Of a stretch of 33,611 nt of DNA, positions 9,335 to 17,510 are shown one piece after another (within the stretch, counting starts at the first letter, position 1; each line of letters opens with the position of its first letter). Source of the stretch: a bacterium (lineage in GTDB: Bacteria > Patescibacteriota > Microgenomatia > Daviesbacterales > UBA10151); NCBI GenBank assembly GCA_027364775.1, contig DAHXOS010000014.1:1-33611 (forward strand), written 5' to 3'. The notes under the pieces are model-generated. The model had not been told where the DNA came from. It ran no database searches and saw only the letters and a list, made by a program, of their open reading frames with translations. Made by a program: the position numbers and the translations under genes.

Positions 9335-9829
9335 CTATGTGGATTTATTAAAACTAACTAATTCATTTATTACTCTCTTAGTTATGTCCCATTGTCCAGG
9401 AAATATTAAATATTTAGGTAAATCCTTAATCGAAACCCATTTAACGTTTTTTAGTTCACTTCGGTCTGGAATTAGATCTTTATCACTATTGTACTTAACT
9501 AAAAATTGACTTTGTTCCTGTCCTTTAAACTTTTCACCCTTCTTTTCGAATCTCGACACTATAAATTTATCCGGCCAATCATATTTTGTCTTATATTTAC
9601 TTTCAGCAATTATTTCAAAATCCGATGATCCTAATTCTTCTTTTAACTCTCTAAGTAAAGCCTTGCCAAGAGTTTCACCTGGATCAACCCCTCCACCAGG
9701 TAGTCTCCACTCATTTTCCTGATAATCCACCATTTGCACAACCAATACTTGGTTTTTATTATTCAGGACAAGTCCAATTACCCCTTGTCTATAGGGATAT
9801 GTTTTTTTATTGTTAAGCAAATCATTCAA
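9335..9829 (-). CDS. Nudix hydrolase, RppH-like
   Basis: Nudix box GGVDPGETLGKALLRELKEELG; YRQGV, YDWP and FKGQEQ are RppH-like motifs. Confidence 0.9.
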   Translation of the reverse strand: MNDLLNNKKTYPYRQGVIGLVLNNKNQVLVVQMVDYQENEWRLPGGGVDPGETLGKALLRELKEELGSSDFEIIAESKYKTKYDWPDKFIVSRFEKKGEKFKGQEQSQFLVKYNSDKDLIPDRSELKNVKWVSIKDLPKYLIFPGQWDITKRVINELVSFNKST

Positions 9830-9940
9830 ATCTATATTATATAGATTAACAGGATTAATATGAAAATACCATTATTTGGTTTACACTTTGATGTTAAAAT
9901 AAATACGTTGAATTACTTATAAAAGTAATAAGTATTTATA

Positions 9941-11200
9941 ATGGCAATGGCAAAAAATAATAGTAATCAATATATTCTTCCGGATTATTTAAATCCCAAT
10001 CTTCTAGCTTTACCATCAACTATACTAAATTTTTTTGGTATTCAGCCCTTAAGAAAACCTTTGTCAGAAAAATATTTCATTGGTAGTAGAGATTCAGATA
10101 AGCTAATTATTTTCTTGTTTGATGGGCTAGGTCATAATCTATATCAAAGAGTTGCTAAGAAATACTCTTTTTTTAAAACACTATCAAGTAAAGGTGTTTA
10201 TAATAAATTAACAACTGTCTTTCCTTCTACCACTTCAGCCGCAATTACTTCAATTTGTAGTGAACTATCTCCTCAGGAACATGGATTACCTGAATGGTAT
10301 CTATATTTTAGAGAACTAGATGTAATACTTAAAAGCTTACCCTTCAGTCCGGTTTTCTCCAAAGATGAATCTAAAATTACGCATTCTTCATCTAAAATGT
10401 TATTTAACAAACGAACTATCTTTGAAAAATTAAAGGAAAATGATATTCCATCCTATATATTATTACCTCAACCATTAGATAGTAATTTTTATAATCTTCA
10501 GGTAAATTTTGGTGGAATTATTACCCCTTATATAACATATCCACAACTTATGGTGAATCTAAGAAATTTAGTAAATCATACTAAGGGAAAAGCATTGTTT
10601 TATATTTATATTTCAGCCATTGATAGCATCGGGCATAAGTTTGGGCCTCAATCAGAAGAGTTAAGGGCTGAAATATCTACACTTTCGTATCTGTTGGAAA
10701 AAGAGTTTATCAATAAAATAACTCAGTCAGAACTTTCAAGAACTACTTTATTTTTAACTGCTGACCATGGTTTAACAAGTGTTAATCCCCATAAAACTTT
10801 TTACTTAGAAACAATACAAGGATTTGATGATTTATTAGAAGTAAGTTCTAATGAGCAACTCATTCTTCCCACTGGAAATAGTAGGGATGTTTTTTTACAT
10901 ATAAAGCCAAGACTACTTGAATATGCTATAGATTTATTGGTAAAGAATTTACCTCAGGGAACTAGAGTTTTAAAAATCTCAGAGTGTGTAGAAAAAGGTT
11001 GGTTTGGAAGTGGAAATATGCACGAAGAGTTTATGAGTAGAATTGGTAATTTGTTAATTCTTCCTGCAAAGAATAATACGGTTTGGTATCATTATTTACC
11101 CAAAATTCATTACCAACATTTAGGCGCCCATGGAGGACAAAGTGAGGACGAAATGTTTATTCCATTTATTAGTACTAAACTATCCACTATTATAAAATAA
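9941..11200 (+). CDS. Alkaline-phosphatase-superfamily nucleotide pyrophosphatase/phosphodiesterase
   Basis: FDGLG, TVFPSTT, DSIGH, TADHG and GAHGG metal/catalytic motifs. Confidence 0.9.
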   Translation: MAMAKNNSNQYILPDYLNPNLLALPSTILNFFGIQPLRKPLSEKYFIGSRDSDKLIIFLFDGLGHNLYQRVAKKYSFFKTLSSKGVYNKLTTVFPSTTSAAITSICSELSPQEHGLPEWYLYFRELDVILKSLPFSPVFSKDESKITHSSSKMLFNKRTIFEKLKENDIPSYILLPQPLDSNFYNLQVNFGGIITPYITYPQLMVNLRNLVNHTKGKALFYIYISAIDSIGHKFGPQSEELRAEISTLSYLLEKEFINKITQSELSRTTLFLTADHGLTSVNPHKTFYLETIQGFDDLLEVSSNEQLILPTGNSRDVFLHIKPRLLEYAIDLLVKNLPQGTRVLKISECVEKGWFGSGNMHEEFMSRIGNLLILPAKNNTVWYHYLPKIHYQHLGAHGGQSEDEMFIPFISTKLSTIIK

Positions 11201-11276
11201 CTCTATTTTGCAGGCATCTAAAACTAAGTTCAAATCTTTTGGCCAACTTCAGATGAACAATTATATATATTCCTAA

Positions 11277-11858
11277 TTATTTAATAATAGTCTTATTTTT
11301 AATTCTATATAAAGAGTGACCACTTCTTTTCCTTATGAGTTGTAAATCTAAATTGTATTTTGATCCAAGTCTGGAAATTAAATGATTTAGCGCATTTACA
11401 ACAACAATCCAGAGTTCACCATCTTTATTAAGATGTTTAAGAGGAGTAAGAATAAACTCTTGAGTAATTGCTTCATCACCTATTTTTGCAGGGATATTGG
11501 AAACAATAAGATCAAACTTCTTATCATAAACTTTTTCCATTCCAATACTACCAATTGCAATGGCGTTGGTGACCTTATTTTTCTTAATATTGGTATTTGT
11601 GTATCTAACAGCCAATAAATTTGCATCTACCATAGTGACATATGAGTTTGGATTTGATTTGGCTAAAATAATTCCTATAGGACCATATCCACAACCAATA
11701 TCTAAAATAATTTTGGGGCTGTTTATGACCATATGACGAATCAACATATCAGTTCCATGATCTATTGCAAAAGTAGAGAACAATTCATTTGCAACGTCAA
11801 AAACAAAGTTTATCCCTTTAAATGGATAAACTACTTCTTTCTTAAAATACACATCCAT
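11277..11858 (-). CDS. Class I SAM methyltransferase (RsmC/MTS-like)
   Basis: IDHGT, LDIGCGYG, VSNIP. Confidence 0.88.
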   Translation of the reverse strand: MDVYFKKEVVYPFKGINFVFDVANELFSTFAIDHGTDMLIRHMVINSPKIILDIGCGYGPIGIILAKSNPNSYVTMVDANLLAVRYTNTNIKKNKVTNAIAIGSIGMEKVYDKKFDLIVSNIPAKIGDEAITQEFILTPLKHLNKDGELWIVVVNALNHLISRLGSKYNLDLQLIRKRSGHSLYRIKNKTIIK

Positions 11859-11984
11859 TGGGTGAGTATAACAAACTTTAGTTCAAAAATTTGCATCAAA
11901 AAGACTGTAGAGGGATATTTTGATATAAGTACTTGAAGTTAAATTAATTGGTTGGTAATGGTTGATTATGCTGAAACTTATTAT

Positions 11985-12209
11985 TTAGGGATTATTTAAA
12001 ATTCCACCTGTTACTGAATAAATAAGTTTAAGTTGAATAATTAAAAAAACTATTGTGATTACAAGAACTATTAGTGCAAATTTTGACCAATGGAACTTTT
12101 TATTTTTTACATCTAGAATTGTTCCAATTAGTAAGAATATCAAACTGCCAGGTATTGCCCAAGGAGTAATATACGCAATTAAACTTGCTATTGTTAAATA
12201 AGTTTCCAT
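11985..12209 (-). CDS. Small membrane protein
   Basis: 74 aa with two hydrophobic segments; TGCTACTCT -10-like element upstream. Confidence 0.6.
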   Translation of the reverse strand: METYLTIASLIAYITPWAIPGSLIFLLIGTILDVKNKKFHWSKFALIVLVITIVFLIIQLKLIYSVTGGILNNP

Positions 12210-12266
12210 CTAAATTTAGAGTAGCAAAAAGTTCTGACACAGTACAATAGGGCTACCCTGAAAAAG

Positions 12267-12337
12267 CTGCGGGACTTGGATTCGGACCAAGATTTTCGGT
12301 TTCAGAGACCGGCGATCTACCATTAATCTATCCCGCA
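12267..12337 (-). tRNA. tRNA-Gln(CTG), CCA not encoded
   Basis: Cloverleaf TGCGGGA-TA-GATT AATGGTA GATC-G-CCGGT CTCTGAA ACCGA-AAAT-CTTGG TCCGAAT CCAAG-TCCCGCA-G; anticodon at 12303-12305. Confidence 0.93.
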
Positions 12338-13029
12338 AGATATTCCTTAAAAGAAATTAATTTTCTGAATGATTCTACTTCATTTTTTTTACGAAGTCTA
12401 ATCGCATAATCTCTTACTTCAGGATTATATCCTAATTTGAATAAAGCTTGTTGAACTGAATCTAATAAGTATCTATTATTATTTCTGAAAGCAAAATTAT
12501 AGGTGCCCGTTGGAAGGTGTAAGTTCAGGGAACCTTCTGCTTCGAAAGCACCCTTTAAGTAGCTGATTAAGTATTTATTATTATTTAAAATCCATCTTGG
12601 CATTTGAAATTCAAAAAATGTTCTATTACCAGTTGGTATATGGGTTCTTTTGGATATAAATTTTTGATAAAGACTAATTCTGACTGCATTTGTTCCACGA
12701 ATTCGTGAAGTTACAGGAGATTTACCAAAAACCGTTACTACTAAATCTACCCAATGTTGGATCATTTCTGGATAGTTAGCATTAGCAACTAGGATAAGTC
12801 GTTCTGTTCTTGGAAATTTACTAATATTTCCATCACCCAATATAACTCCAATTAATTCAGCAAACTCAACTGAATGAGTAAGTTTGGGGTAGCTGGAAGG
12901 AATTTTTCCTATAACCCTCATGGAATCTCTCCAGATTTTAAAGTTATCAAGATGTTTGCGTTTAAAAGTTTGAGAAATTTTATAAGCTCTGAGAGAAGAT
13001 TCTTGAGCTAGCTTCTTATTATCAGGCAC
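12328..13029 (-). CDS. Free-standing double-motif LAGLIDADG homing endonuclease
   Basis: FAELIGVILGDG and YLKGAFEAEG motifs; the last codons and TAG stop overlap the first 10 nt of the tRNA. Confidence 0.9.
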   Translation of the reverse strand: MPDNKKLAQESSLRAYKISQTFKRKHLDNFKIWRDSMRVIGKIPSSYPKLTHSVEFAELIGVILGDGNISKFPRTERLILVANANYPEMIQHWVDLVVTVFGKSPVTSRIRGTNAVRISLYQKFISKRTHIPTGNRTFFEFQMPRWILNNNKYLISYLKGAFEAEGSLNLHLPTGTYNFAFRNNNRYLLDSVQQALFKLGYNPEVRDYAIRLRKKNEVESFRKLISFKEYLAG

Positions 13030-13035
13030 AGTCTA

Positions 13036-13044
13036 ATTGTAGCA
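13036..13044 (-). promoter_or_regulatory. Extended -10 promoter (TGCTACAAT) of the LAGLIDADG gene, leaderless
   Basis: Ends 6 nt before the GTG start. Confidence 0.6.
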
Positions 13045-13059
13045 CAAAAACTGATCTGA

Positions 13060-13082
13060 CTACCATTAGACGATCCCGCAAG
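13060..13082 (-). repeat. Orphan 5' fragment of tRNA-Gln (imperfect direct repeat of 12317-12339)
   Basis: CTTGCGGGATCGTCTAATGGTAG versus CTTGCGGGATAGATTAATGGTAG, 20/23 identical. Confidence 0.9.
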
Positions 13083-13094
13083 GTGAGTGTGGTA

Positions 13095-13103
13095 ATTTTA
13101 TCA
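13095..13103 (-). promoter_or_regulatory. Extended -10 promoter (TGATAAAAT) upstream of the tRNA fragment
   Basis: TG-n-TAAAAT ending 14 nt before the fragment's position 1 (13080). Confidence 0.55.
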
Positions 13104-13151
13104 GAAATTGAGGCTATAAACAAAAGTAATAATTTTGCTATTATATCTATT

Positions 13152-13316
13152 ATGTCTACAAAAACCTGGGTTATGGTAGGAATGACCATTGGTTCTTTTG
13201 GCGGTAGTTACTTACCTGTAGTTTTTGGAGTAGATCCCTTTTCCTTCACTACAATTTTAACCGGTGCAGTTGGGGGAATAATTGGAGTATTTATTGGGTT
13301 TAAGCTATCAAATTGA
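13152..13316 (+). CDS. Small glycine-rich membrane protein
   Basis: MSTKTWVMVGMTIGSFGGSYLP..GAVGGIIGVFIG; start at ATG 13152 preferred over GTG 13083. Confidence 0.75.
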   Translation: MSTKTWVMVGMTIGSFGGSYLPVVFGVDPFSFTTILTGAVGGIIGVFIGFKLSN

Positions 13317-13368
13317 AAAAGTTACCATTATTTTGTTAATCTACTAAGAGTTTTTTAATGGAGAAAAT

Positions 13369-13827
13369 ATGGAAGTATTTGAACAGATTAAAAAATTATT
13401 AAATAAAAATAATATTGAATATCAACTCTTGGAACATGAAGAGGTCAGGACTAGTGAACAGGCAGCAAGAATAAGGGGTGTAGATTTAAAGACCGGAGCG
13501 AAAGCTATGGTTATAAAGACTAAGGAAAATTATTATTTAATAGTTTTACCCGCAGATAAAAGAATAGATTTTAAAAAAGTAAAAAATCTTTTGGAAGTAA
13601 AAGAAATTAGATTTGCAACAGAGCAAGAAGCTGAAAATTTAACTAAAGTAAAAATGGGCTCTGTTCCTCCTTTTGGAAATATTTTAAAATTAAAAACCTA
13701 TTTTGATAAAGGAATTTTGGAAATTGATAAAGTTAATTTTAACCCCGGCAGCAAGAGACACAGTATACAAATGAGCGCTAAAGATTTAATATCTTTAGTG
13801 AAACCGGAAATTGTTGAGGTTGTATAA
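13369..13827 (+). CDS. YbaK/ProXp-family aminoacyl-tRNA editing protein
   Basis: GAKAMV and GSVPPFG motifs; directly upstream of aspS. Confidence 0.9.
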   Translation: MEVFEQIKKLLNKNNIEYQLLEHEEVRTSEQAARIRGVDLKTGAKAMVIKTKENYYLIVLPADKRIDFKKVKNLLEVKEIRFATEQEAENLTKVKMGSVPPFGNILKLKTYFDKGILEIDKVNFNPGSKRHSIQMSAKDLISLVKPEIVEVV

Positions 13828-13829
13828 AA

Positions 13830-15155
13830 ATGGAATTTAGAAAACAAAGGATACTATCACCAGATTTAAAAAACCATGTTGGTCAGGTAGTGACTATTAT
13901 GGGTTGGTTATATAAAAAAAGAGAGATGGGGGGTCTTAACTTTTTAATCATTAGGGACAGAGGTGGTTTGATTCAAGCATTAGTAGAAGACAAGCAAGAA
14001 ATTCAAAAACTAGATGGTTTACAAATAGGTACGGTAGTTAGGGTTAGCGGTAAAGTAGTAGAAGAAATCAGAGCTTCTGGAGGAGTAGAATTGCACGATC
14101 CAATTTTAGAAGTGGAAGTTGCTGTTAGCGATGTTCCGCCTATTGAGGTAGATAAAGCAATTGATCATAATCCTGAAAATTTTTCTACTCTTTTTGATAA
14201 CCGGGTTTTAAATATGCGAAATGTTACCGAACAGGGAATTTTTAAAATTCAATCAGGAGTTGCTGATGCAATAAGGGAATATTTAAAATCTCAAGATTTT
14301 ACTGAATTTAGATCGCCAAAATTACTCCCAGGTTCAACTGAAGGAGGAGCAGAAGTTTTTAAATTAGATTATTTTGGTAAAGAAGCAACCCTGGCTCAAT
14401 CAGCCCAATTTTACAAACAAATAATGGTTGGGGCTTTTGAAAGAGCTTTTGAATTTGGGGCAACTTACAGAGCTGAACCTTCAATGACTACCCGTCATAT
14501 GACTGAATTTACAACAGTAGATGTCGAGATGGGATTTATTGAGGGGGTAGAGGATTTATACAAATTGTTAGGTAAGTTAATTAATTATGTAGTAGAGCAG
14601 GTTTGGCAAAAATATGAAAAAGAATTAACAGCTTTAAAAGCTGAACAACCTATTTTAACAGATGAACTTCCTCAGATAACAATGAACAATCTACACGAAC
14701 TTTACTTAAAAGAAACCGGTAAAGATTTTACTAATGAAAAAGATCCATCCCCTGAAGAAGAAAGATTTATATCTGAGTATTCAGCAAAAAACTGGGGATC
14801 GGAGGCGGTTTTAATTACCGATTTTCCTTCATCAGATATGAAATTTTATCATCATGTTTCGGAGAAAAACCCGGAAGTAGTTGACCGGGCAGATTTAATC
14901 TTTAGAGGGGTAGAAATAGTTACGGTTACCAGACGTGAACACAGATATGAAAGACTAATTGAACAATTAAAAGCAATTGGGGGGAATCCGGAACATCCCG
15001 GTTTTAAATATTACCTTCAAGCTTTTAAATATGGTATGCCTTCTCATGGAGGATTCGGGTTAGGTTTAGAAAGGTTGACACAAAAAATTATTGGTTTGGG
15101 TAATGTAAAAGAAGCGACATTATTTCCAAGAGATACTAACAGGCTAGCTCCATAA
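13830..15155 (+). CDS. aspS: Aspartate--tRNA ligase, short archaeal-type (probably non-discriminating)
   Basis: OB fold, EGGAEVF, LAQSAQFYKQ, YRAEPSMTTRH, GFGLGLER, LFPRD; no bacterial GAD insert (441 aa). Confidence 0.95.
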   Translation: MEFRKQRILSPDLKNHVGQVVTIMGWLYKKREMGGLNFLIIRDRGGLIQALVEDKQEIQKLDGLQIGTVVRVSGKVVEEIRASGGVELHDPILEVEVAVSDVPPIEVDKAIDHNPENFSTLFDNRVLNMRNVTEQGIFKIQSGVADAIREYLKSQDFTEFRSPKLLPGSTEGGAEVFKLDYFGKEATLAQSAQFYKQIMVGAFERAFEFGATYRAEPSMTTRHMTEFTTVDVEMGFIEGVEDLYKLLGKLINYVVEQVWQKYEKELTALKAEQPILTDELPQITMNNLHELYLKETGKDFTNEKDPSPEEERFISEYSAKNWGSEAVLITDFPSSDMKFYHHVSEKNPEVVDRADLIFRGVEIVTVTRREHRYERLIEQLKAIGGNPEHPGFKYYLQAFKYGMPSHGGFGLGLERLTQKIIGLGNVKEATLFPRDTNRLAP

Positions 15156-15265
15156 GTTTTGGGTCCTAAGTATAAAAGCAAGAACTTTTTTAAAACAAAC
15201 TTTTTCTTGATTATATTTTCAAAAATAGATCAATAGGAAAAATTGGATTTTAAGAAAAAAGGTAA

Positions 15266-15478
15266 TTATCTGGGCAGAGGGGGTTTAATTTTTACCACCC
15301 TGATATTTTCAATAGTGTTAACATAGTAATTTTTTAGCTGGTAATCGTTACTATCGATATAATTTTTAACCTTTTGTGTAGCTTTGGCGCTGCCTACAGT
15401 GAGTGTAATGTTTATTAAAATCAGAGAGAGAAAAACTGTTACCGATACAAGAAATGTCTTTTTATCTTCAATTTTCAT
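15266..15478 (-). CDS. Small membrane-anchored or secreted hypothetical protein
   Basis: MKIEDKK plus hydrophobic stretch and A-x-A motif. Confidence 0.5.
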   Translation of the reverse strand: MKIEDKKTFLVSVTVFLSLILINITLTVGSAKATQKVKNYIDSNDYQLKNYYVNTIENIRVVKIKPPLPR

Positions 15479-15547
15479 AGATAGAGTATGCCATTTAGAT
15501 CTCAAATAATTATACCAAATTTAGAATATCTTGATCAAATTTTAAGA

Positions 15548-16126
15548 CTATTTTGAAACAAATTTATTGTCTTTTATATAAAACCTTAACTTTAAATTAG
15601 TAGCTTTAGTTATGCCAATTCTACTTGAGGAGATGATAGTATATTTATCTACTTTTCCGAAATGATTTGCTGAAAGGATATAAATAGGAGACTGAGTTAA
15701 ATAATGGCCGTTATAATCTAAATTAATTGCCAGGGACTGAGTTAACCGAGCCGGACCATTAGTTAAATTATTTAGATTATCAGTTTTTCGCCTTACTTTC
15801 ATTAACTCTATACCTTTAATTGGCTCTAACGCTCTAATTAATACTGCTTCAGCTTGATTTTTTTTGCCTGTGACAACATTAATACAGTAATACAATCCAT
15901 AAATTAAATAGACATATAAATGTCCAGCTGCCCCAAACATAACCTTATTTCTTGAAGTTTGTCCTTTATAACTGTGAGATGCAGGGTCATTTACTAAATA
16001 GGCTTCTGTCTCAACAATTTTACCGATGACTTTTCCTCCGGATAGTTCTGAAACTAAGTAACAACCAAGTAATTGTTTGGCTATACTCTCTGTTGATTGA
16101 TTGTAAAATTTATTATTTAAAATCAT
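15548..16126 (-). CDS. mpg: DNA-3-methyladenine glycosylase (MPG/AAG type)
   Basis: IVETEAY, DPASH, YVYLIYG, AVLIRALEP, NGPARL, RIGI. Confidence 0.95.
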   Translation of the reverse strand: MILNNKFYNQSTESIAKQLLGCYLVSELSGGKVIGKIVETEAYLVNDPASHSYKGQTSRNKVMFGAAGHLYVYLIYGLYYCINVVTGKKNQAEAVLIRALEPIKGIELMKVRRKTDNLNNLTNGPARLTQSLAINLDYNGHYLTQSPIYILSANHFGKVDKYTIISSSRIGITKATNLKLRFYIKDNKFVSK

Positions 16127-16216
16127 TGCCCTTATTTTACTTTAAAAGGTTTTTTAACATATTCCTTACTATTTTTTTGCATTGTTATATTTTTATAAAT
16201 TTATGATTAATTCATG

Positions 16217-16245
16217 AAAAAATTACTGCCCGAATTTTTCAGGCA
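16217..16245 (-). terminator. Hairpin plus T-tract, end of a candidate sRNA
   Basis: TGCCTGAA-AAA-TTCGGGCA followed by GTAATTTTTT on the minus strand. Confidence 0.5.
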
Positions 16246-16489
16246 AACTCTCAAAAATACCTTTTTTTATGATCTATTTTTGATCATGACTTCTCCTTTA
16301 ATTTAAAGTTTAGCAAAATTTAAGATTTTTAAAATCAACTTAGAACCTGGGATACTAGAATCTATTTTAATTTTATGGTTAGTATAATAGTTGAAATATA
16401 TTGATATTATTTACCACTAAAAGTTAATTTTACCTGCTTCTTACTCCTTTTTATTTAATTTCTCTAAATATCTGTTTAGAATTGAACCC

Positions 16490-16753
16490 ATGAATATCTT
16501 AGCTTGGGTATTATTTGGTGTGATAACCGGTTTTATAGCTAATTTAGTTGAACCGTCTCCAAGCTTTGGTGGGTTAGTAGGGGCAGTAATTTTAGGTATT
16601 TTGGGTGCAATATTAGGGGGTTTTTTAGCTAATTTAGTATTGGGTGTATCTATAACAGGGTTCAATTTATCTTCTTTTGCAATCTCAATTTTAGGTTCTT
16701 TATTTATACTTTTTGTAAATAGGATAGTTAGCCGTGGGGAAAGGGAAATTTAG
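16490..16753 (+). CDS. GlsB/YeaQ/YmgE-family stress membrane protein
   Basis: MNILAWVLFGVITGFIA..ILGILGAILGG pattern. Confidence 0.9.
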   Translation: MNILAWVLFGVITGFIANLVEPSPSFGGLVGAVILGILGAILGGFLANLVLGVSITGFNLSSFAISILGSLFILFVNRIVSRGEREI

Positions 16754-16763
16754 GATATCCGGT

Positions 16764-17369
16764 ATGGTTTTAGGGACATTTTTTAACAAAGATGATGTCG
16801 AACGTGCAATTTTTGACCTGAATACTTTGGGTTATAACCCTAAAAATATATCGGTTGAGATTAAAGATTTAAATCCATATTTAGGTTACCATTCAGATAG
16901 CGGTTCTGGTATTTTCCCAGGATTATTTTTGGGTGCCGGGATTGGAGGAATGTTAGGTGGTATTGTAGGATTACTGATTGGTTTAGGTACAATTGTATTT
17001 CCGGGAATTAATTCTTTATTTATCGGTCGCTCTTTGGTTGAAATTTTAGGCTTATCTGGAACAGTAGCAACGATTTTTTCGGGTGTGGTTACCGGTTTAT
17101 TAGCTGGAGGATTAATTGGTTTGGGGATTTCCAGAAAAAGTGAGGAGAAAATATTGGTCTCAGTGCCAACTGCAATACGGCAGCAAAATGAGGTTAGGGA
17201 GGTTTTCCAAGCTTATGGCGCTAGCCAGATAAAAACAGTAAAAGATTTTTTAGCTTCCAAAATGACGACTAGCCAACCGGAATATAGTAGTTTAACCCAA
17301 AGTATAAGATCATCTTCACCGGCTTTTTATTCAGAGGTTAGAAGAACAACTCTTAAAAAAAGAACTTAA
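16764..17369 (+). CDS. General-stress-protein-like membrane protein with glycine zipper
   Basis: GTFFNKDDVERAIFDL..GY...ISV and GAGIGGMLGGIVGLLIG. Confidence 0.75.
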   Translation: MVLGTFFNKDDVERAIFDLNTLGYNPKNISVEIKDLNPYLGYHSDSGSGIFPGLFLGAGIGGMLGGIVGLLIGLGTIVFPGINSLFIGRSLVEILGLSGTVATIFSGVVTGLLAGGLIGLGISRKSEEKILVSVPTAIRQQNEVREVFQAYGASQIKTVKDFLASKMTTSQPEYSSLTQSIRSSSPAFYSEVRRTTLKKRT

Positions 17370-17377
17370 TTTTAGAC

Positions 17378-17430
17378 GAAAAAACCCGCACGTAGCGGGT
17401 TCTCTCGAAAACCTACCTTGCAGTAAGCAA
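17378..17430 (-). ncRNA. Candidate ~50-nt two-hairpin small RNA
   Basis: Promoter TTGACC-18-TAAGAT with TG extension; hairpin GCTTACT-GCAA-GGTAGGT; terminator AACCCGC-TACGT-GCGGGTTTTTT. Confidence 0.55.
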
Positions 17431-17510
17431 ATGTTATCTTAGCAAATATTTTTTTGCTTGGTCAATTGATGCAGAATATATCAAATTAGGACATGGTATA
17501 TAATAAACTC

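Noticed and set aside
12317..13082. Group I or BHB intron splitting the tRNA
   Set aside because: The downstream tRNA is already complete, there is no room for a ribozyme core outside the ORF, and joining the fragment (GTCT) to GATC would give a mispaired D-stem.
12317..13082. Integrase attL/attR pair
   Set aside because: No integrase, only one gene enclosed, and the repeat is imperfect and at the tRNA 5' end.
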